This document shows positions 59,501 to 64,000 of a stretch of DNA of 64,000 nucleotides, piece after piece. Made by a program: the position numbers and the translations under genes. Source of the stretch: Catajapyx aquilonaris (lineage: Eukaryota); the NCBI GenBank assembly GCA_000934665.2, contig JYFJ02001209.1:1-64000 (forward strand), read 5' to 3'. Every line of letters begins with the position of its first letter. Positions within the stretch are counted from its first letter, which is position 1. Under the pieces are notes generated by a model, which worked only from the letters and a program-made list of their open reading frames with translations, ran no database searches and was not told the DNA's origin.

Positions 59501-62500
59501 TCAGTATTAGAACATAAATGTGATAGTTCTGTGTATGAAACTGGATCTTATTAACTCCTAGGAAACATGGGTTGTCAGTATGAAAAAGGTATATTAAAAT
59601 GTCTCGAGAAACTTGCACTTAACTCTTTGCGACAATTGGTACTTGCGACTTCTCGGCTCATACACTTGCCATGTTTTATTGCAGGATTCAGCATTCAGGG
59701 ATCTTGTGAGAACTTCCACTATCCTTAAGCGAAAGTGTGCTTCTCTTTTGTCCTTCCTCAAACCACCAACTCTTCGACAAATCATGAAACACACCTACCA
59801 TCAGTCATGGGCTGAGGGTGGCCTTTGGGCCTTGGCATTACGCCGTTTGGTCTCAAACCTGATGGACGAAGGCTCATGTGGGGAATGGAACCTCCTCCTG
59901 GACCGCATGCTTCCACAGGAACTGAGTGGAGAGTGGACAGAAGGCCAGCTGCACACTTTCCAGGTTCTGATGCCTCGTCTGCCTAAGCAGCGACTTATGT
60001 GCCTGGGCAAGACTGAAGCCAATCGTCTAGCCAGTATTGAAGAAGGTGGCTCATCTACAAACATGGCCAAGTGTAGCCTGGCTATCCTCACGCAGGTGGT
60101 CCAATTGTTGGCCACTAAACACAATGATGCAGAGGAAACAGTAGGAGACGAGGTGGTTGCAACTCTGGACCTGTTGCTCAGGTGGCAGAAGGACACTGAC
60201 ATGCTCTTTGAAGTGTGAGTGTCTCAAGATGTTGAACGAATTACTAATCCTACAAGTCAGTGTGGGAAGGCTGCTGTTTTTCTCTTATATCTCATACACC
60301 TTTTTCCTTTTCTAGTGACACTTGTAGTGCAAGACCCGAGACTGTCCTGCGAGTGGTTGAGGTGATAAACTTCACCAAAGCAGCGATGGATCATGTCCCA
60401 AGGATGATGATGTCACATCACTGGGACTTCATCCTTTGCTCTGCTGCTTCCTGGATACAAAGTGTGGATCGTAGCAAGGAAGGGCTAGCAGGCAACATTT
60501 GCTCACTTGCCTTTGTCACAGCCATCTGTGACTGCGCGGCTGCTGCAGGCAAGGTAATGGCCACTCTTGAGGAAGATCCTAGCGCAGTGAAGGAATTTCC
60601 TGGCAACCTGCTTGGCGAGTGGAAGGAGTTTTACTGTGAAGCCATCTACCCTACTTTGCTCCACCTGTTGATACACTTAACAGGTTAGGAATATACTTGA
60701 CCCTGTAATCATCCTGTCGTCTCACATGGTCATTGAACTTGCAAATATTTTTCAGGTGGAATGGAAGAGACTGTGCCTGTGAGCCCTCATCTGGAAGTGT
60801 GCCTGGAGTCCCTGGCATTGACGCTGCAGGACATTCCATCAAAGCAGCTCCTCTGTCACACATTACCGCCTAAGCTGACAGCTGAGGGAGAGGGAAGGCA
60901 CGTTCAGTTGCCTGCACAAGTGGAGTCACTGCTCTCCTACTTCTGCCCATTGCTCATGTCCACCTGTCGACCAGTTCAGCTTGTCGCATACTATCTCCTG
61001 CTCAAGTAAGCATGCTTACAATATATTATCCACTGAAAAATGTGTTACCTCGCCCAAAATTGCAGCATAAAACTAACATTTTCTCTCCTACAGGGTTGTA
61101 CCAAGTGTAGTGTCTGCAGATGAGGAGAGTTCCGTTGTGGAGACAGAGGAAGATCCTGAGGAAGGAAGGAAACTGCCATATGACCTTGAAGCAACGCTGA
61201 CTCATTTGCAGTCAGTTGTTGAGACCCTACTCGCAGGCTTTCAGTAAGTGGATCAACTGACAAAGTATGAAAATTGCAAATTTTGTTGTAAGCATGAAAG
61301 GCCTAACCCACAACTACCACTGGTGCCTAACTAATGCCGATTCTTGGTAGGATTGGTGATGTGTGCCTGATAGAGCCCCACACCCACTCGTACTCCCTGA
61401 CAACTGGCTATCTTCTGACCTGGACAGTGGTGCTGGAGATGTTTAAGGTGGCCAAAGCAGAACTGCGCTACCAGTACTCTACCTACCTTAGGCACTCAGG
61501 AGTCCTCAATGTCCTCCTGGCCAGCTTGTTCAAACTCATCCCAGAGAACATTTCAGAGCCAGACACCATCTTCTCTTCTCAGAGACCCAGCAACACAGGT
61601 TGGACAACAACTCTTGTTATGAAAGATTTTCTCTGCCTTTTTCTAATCACATGAGATGGACATTCAAAGTACTATCTGTTCCATTGCGTCATGCTCACCT
61701 GCCATCTAATTGCAATCCAGGCAAGCCCAGCTACCGGGAAGTTCAGCATCTCTCCTGCGTAGTCTACCACAGTGCAGTTCGACGCCTTCCAGCCTTGGTG
61801 CGGCAGTGGTGGAATACAACGGACAAGAGGGTTAACTCCTTGGTTGAGAAGTTCAGTACTAAGTATGTGAGTCCGGTGCTGTGTGCAGAGGAAATTGGGA
61901 CTGTGCAGATGGCCAGCGGAGGAGGAAAGAAGGATGCCATGTTGGACAACATGACGGTGAAGGTGCGGCCTTCTGTGAGGGAGGTGGTGGCCACGTACAG
62001 CATTGATGGAACCAACATGGAGCTGGTCATCCAACTGCCCAATAATTACCCCTTGGGAAACGTGGTGGTCGACTGCAGACACTGGGTTGGGGTCAGCAAC
62101 AGCCAGTGGAGGAACTGGATGTTGCAGCTTACCACTTTTCTCACCCAACAGGTACAGTTAAAAGTCGTTTTCATTTTGCACCTTCGACAATTGAATGTTT
62201 GTGCTCCATATTATGTTGTATTGTTGCTGCCATACAAAAGTTTCCCTTCTGATTTACAAACAGAATGGATCCATATTGGATGGGCTAGCCATGTGGAAGC
62301 GCAACTTTGATAAGCGCTTTGAGGGCGTGGAGGAATGCTACATTTGCTACTACGTGCTTCATGGATCCAACTACCAGCTGCCAAAACTGCAGTGCCGCAC
62401 TTGCAAGAAGAAGTTCCACTCAGCCTGCCTTGTGAGTCCCTTTTGCTCTCATTTTCAACTCACATTACGAGTTGTCACTGTCAAGTCAGATTTTGTAGCC

Positions 62501-62608
62501 AATGCACAGCGTACTCAAGCAATTCATGTTCTCTTCTTTCCTTCCCAGTACAAGTGGTTCAGCACAAGCAACAACTCGGCTTGTCCACTCTGCAGAAATC
62601 TGTTCTGA
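53401..62608 (+). CDS. LTN1: E3 ubiquitin-protein ligase listerin, ~1735 aa
   Basis: 17 exons: 53401-53448, 53596-53790, 55711-56096, 56413-56593, 56825-56998, 57073-57263, 57445-58210, 58267-58498, 58593-59422, 59685-60214, 60316-60683, 60756-61005, 61094-61243, 61351-61598, 61721-62151, 62264-62431, 62549-62608 (5208 nt). N-terminus [46 protein letters not shown] domain, and C-terminal [15 protein letters not shown]...[17 protein letters not shown]...[14 protein letters not shown] at 62648-62653. Confidence 0.97.
53454..53521. repeat. (AAT)n microsatellite in LTN1 intron 1
   Basis: About 22 AAT units with two small interruptions, starting 5 nt after the donor. Confidence 0.9.
54053..54893. 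mobile_element. piggyBac-type MITE (host of a nested insertion)
   Basis: TTAA duplication (54049-54052 / 54894-54897), 15-bp TIR CCCTGGAACCGTGCC / GGCACGGTTCCAGGG, plus a subterminal inverted repeat (AACCGTGCCATGGGG.CTTTT.GGACCC). Confidence 0.85.
54205..54773. mobile_element. Tc1/mariner-type foldback MITE nested in the piggyBac-type element
   Basis: TA duplication, ends CAGGGTGGTCGGTAAATGGCGCAC / GTGCGCCATTTACCGACCACCCTG; ~180-bp arms with few mismatches. Confidence 0.9.
55321..55428. mobile_element. PIF/Harbinger-type MITE, family B
   Basis: TAA duplication (55318-55320 / 55429-55431), TIR GGGTGGAATT / AATTCCACCC extended by CACTGATAGT / ACTATCAGTG. Confidence 0.8.
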
Positions 62609-63422
62609 TGGGGATATACTGTATGTACTTTCTGGTTTGTTCCTGTAAATAAAAGTCTCGACACATCCATCGCGTTCAGTGCTTATTTTCAGATGACATT
62701 GCATGGAATAGCCTGTTGATCGAGCCTAATTTTCATTAAGATTACCTCGCAGACACGATCCTGGACTGGTAGAAGTCCCGTAGGTTGTGCCGTTGCGCCC
62801 AGCTTTCAAGGTCATCGAAGTCCCACCACCACGGCAAAATAGCAGCGGGGGGTGAGACATCACGACTCATGTGGCCTATTACGTTACGAGCCACTTAATA
62901 CAAAAAGCAATAAAACACTAACAAGAAATTGAAAAATTTATTCCCACATTTGCTACATTCTCTCAGACCATGCAATGTCATGAACACAATCACTACAAAA
63001 CCTGACAGCCACAATTGGTTCCAACTGTTGGATTACATAAATCAAAATCTAGTTCTATGCACTAACATCAAGGCATTATGTTTTGTCTGTGTTTACAAGT
63101 CCTGCTGCATCCCATTGACAATGTTGGGCTCGATTGTTTTTTTAAATATTTTAATGAACTGTAACAAACTTTGAATTGAGGATTGCATGCAACAGTTTTA
63201 ATGTTGACGAGAATATTCATTGAGAAACTGAATTGCATCAACGTGACTTACGCATTCAAGAGGGTACCTTGTGACAACGTGAAAATTATAACATAACAGC
63301 AGTCTCTCTCTTTGTAACAATTTACCACAGTGCTTAAATCCTGAATGAAAGTTTGTTAGGGCAATTAACAGTATTTATTTGACTGTCACTCTTCAGTGTA
63401 AAAATAAAATGCATTGCAGTGG

Positions 63423-63962
63423 CTAGACTTGCAAGTCAGAAGGCTTGTAGTATGGTCGACACCTTTCGTAAAAGAGCTTCATGCTTCGGTCCTTCACCAC
63501 CTCTTCAATATTCAGTTCTGACTGCAGTAGGCGTAACTGGAAAAGGGGAAAAAACCATAATAATAAAAATGATTTATAATTTATTATAATATGCAGAATT
63601 TTTGGGCCAAATACTTGACATTGTTTATTAACCTTTGTCTGCTCCTTCCGGAGTGACTTTAAAAGTTCAATATCATTAGGGTTTCCAACCCTATTGCCCT
63701 TCAGCTGCTCCACCTTCTGGCTCACCATCTTGATGCACTTCTTGATGGCCGATTCCCGCTCACTGTAGTTGCTCTGCATCTACAAAAGCAACACATGTCA
63801 GAGGATATGTGGCCAAACTGCAAGTTCACAGCTTACCTGCCCATACAAATCTTGACAGGTAGCTGACGGGTCCACCGTTGACTTGAACGAATCCGTCGGC
63901 AAAGACGTGTTGAGGGCATACACAATTTTGTCATCACACACCCTCATCCTCTTCAACGCCTC
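63423..63962 (-). CDS. CCDC58: CCDC58 / MIX23 homolog (5'-partial; first exon outside the window)
   Basis: Exons 63837-63962, 63633-63779, 63423-63536, all phase 0: EALKRMRVCDDKIVYALNTSLPTDSF...RESAIKKCI...[40 protein letters not shown] on the minus strand at 63374-63379. Confidence 0.93.
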
Positions 63963-64000
63963 CTGAAACATTACAGGGTGATGATGTACACAGTATTTGA

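Noticed and set aside
21658..62608. Apparent protein-quality-control cluster (TULP4, Prx4, LTN1, MIX23)
   Set aside because: Mixed orientations and unrelated pathways; ordinary housekeeping neighbourhood with no evidence of a shared system.
1..64000. CRISPR arrays, rRNA, intact tRNA genes, autonomous transposase or retroelement ORFs
   Set aside because: None seen: no regularly spaced repeats, no rRNA motifs and no long transposase/RT ORF.

Overview
Eukaryotic, spliced, gene-dense genomic DNA from an invertebrate, very probably an arthropod (the ERM C-terminus [26 protein letters not shown] is of the Drosophila Moesin type; many introns are only ~53-100 nt). By walking splice sites and checking exon phases by hand I reconstruct eight protein-coding genes: an unrecognised 6-exon ~413-aa gene (+, 1486-3173), moesin/ERM (-, 4808-15892), Tubby-related protein 4/Tusp (-, 21658-40012), RPP38-like L7Ae protein (+, 45598-46832), peroxiredoxin-4 (-, 48340-49416), an unrecognised ~596-aa acidic/basic protein with CCDC34/CCDC181-like 'AF..WL..K' motifs (+, ~50360-53005), listerin/LTN1 (+, 53401-62608) and the 3' part of CCDC58/MIX23 (-, 63423->63962). 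The introns hold many short non-autonomous foldback elements (MITEs with Tc1/mariner-, PIF/Harbinger- and piggyBac-type ends, including one nested pair), tRNA-like/SINE heads and possible decayed gene fragments. There are no prokaryotic systems, CRISPR arrays or rRNA genes. I found no single new multi-gene system that I can support. The best leads are the orphan gene, the uORF arrangement of the TULP4 leader, an RFX X-box between Prx4 and the putative ciliary gene, a candidate 2-codon alternative start exon of moesin, and hairpin insertions in short introns. All homology calls come from recall of protein families, not from searches.
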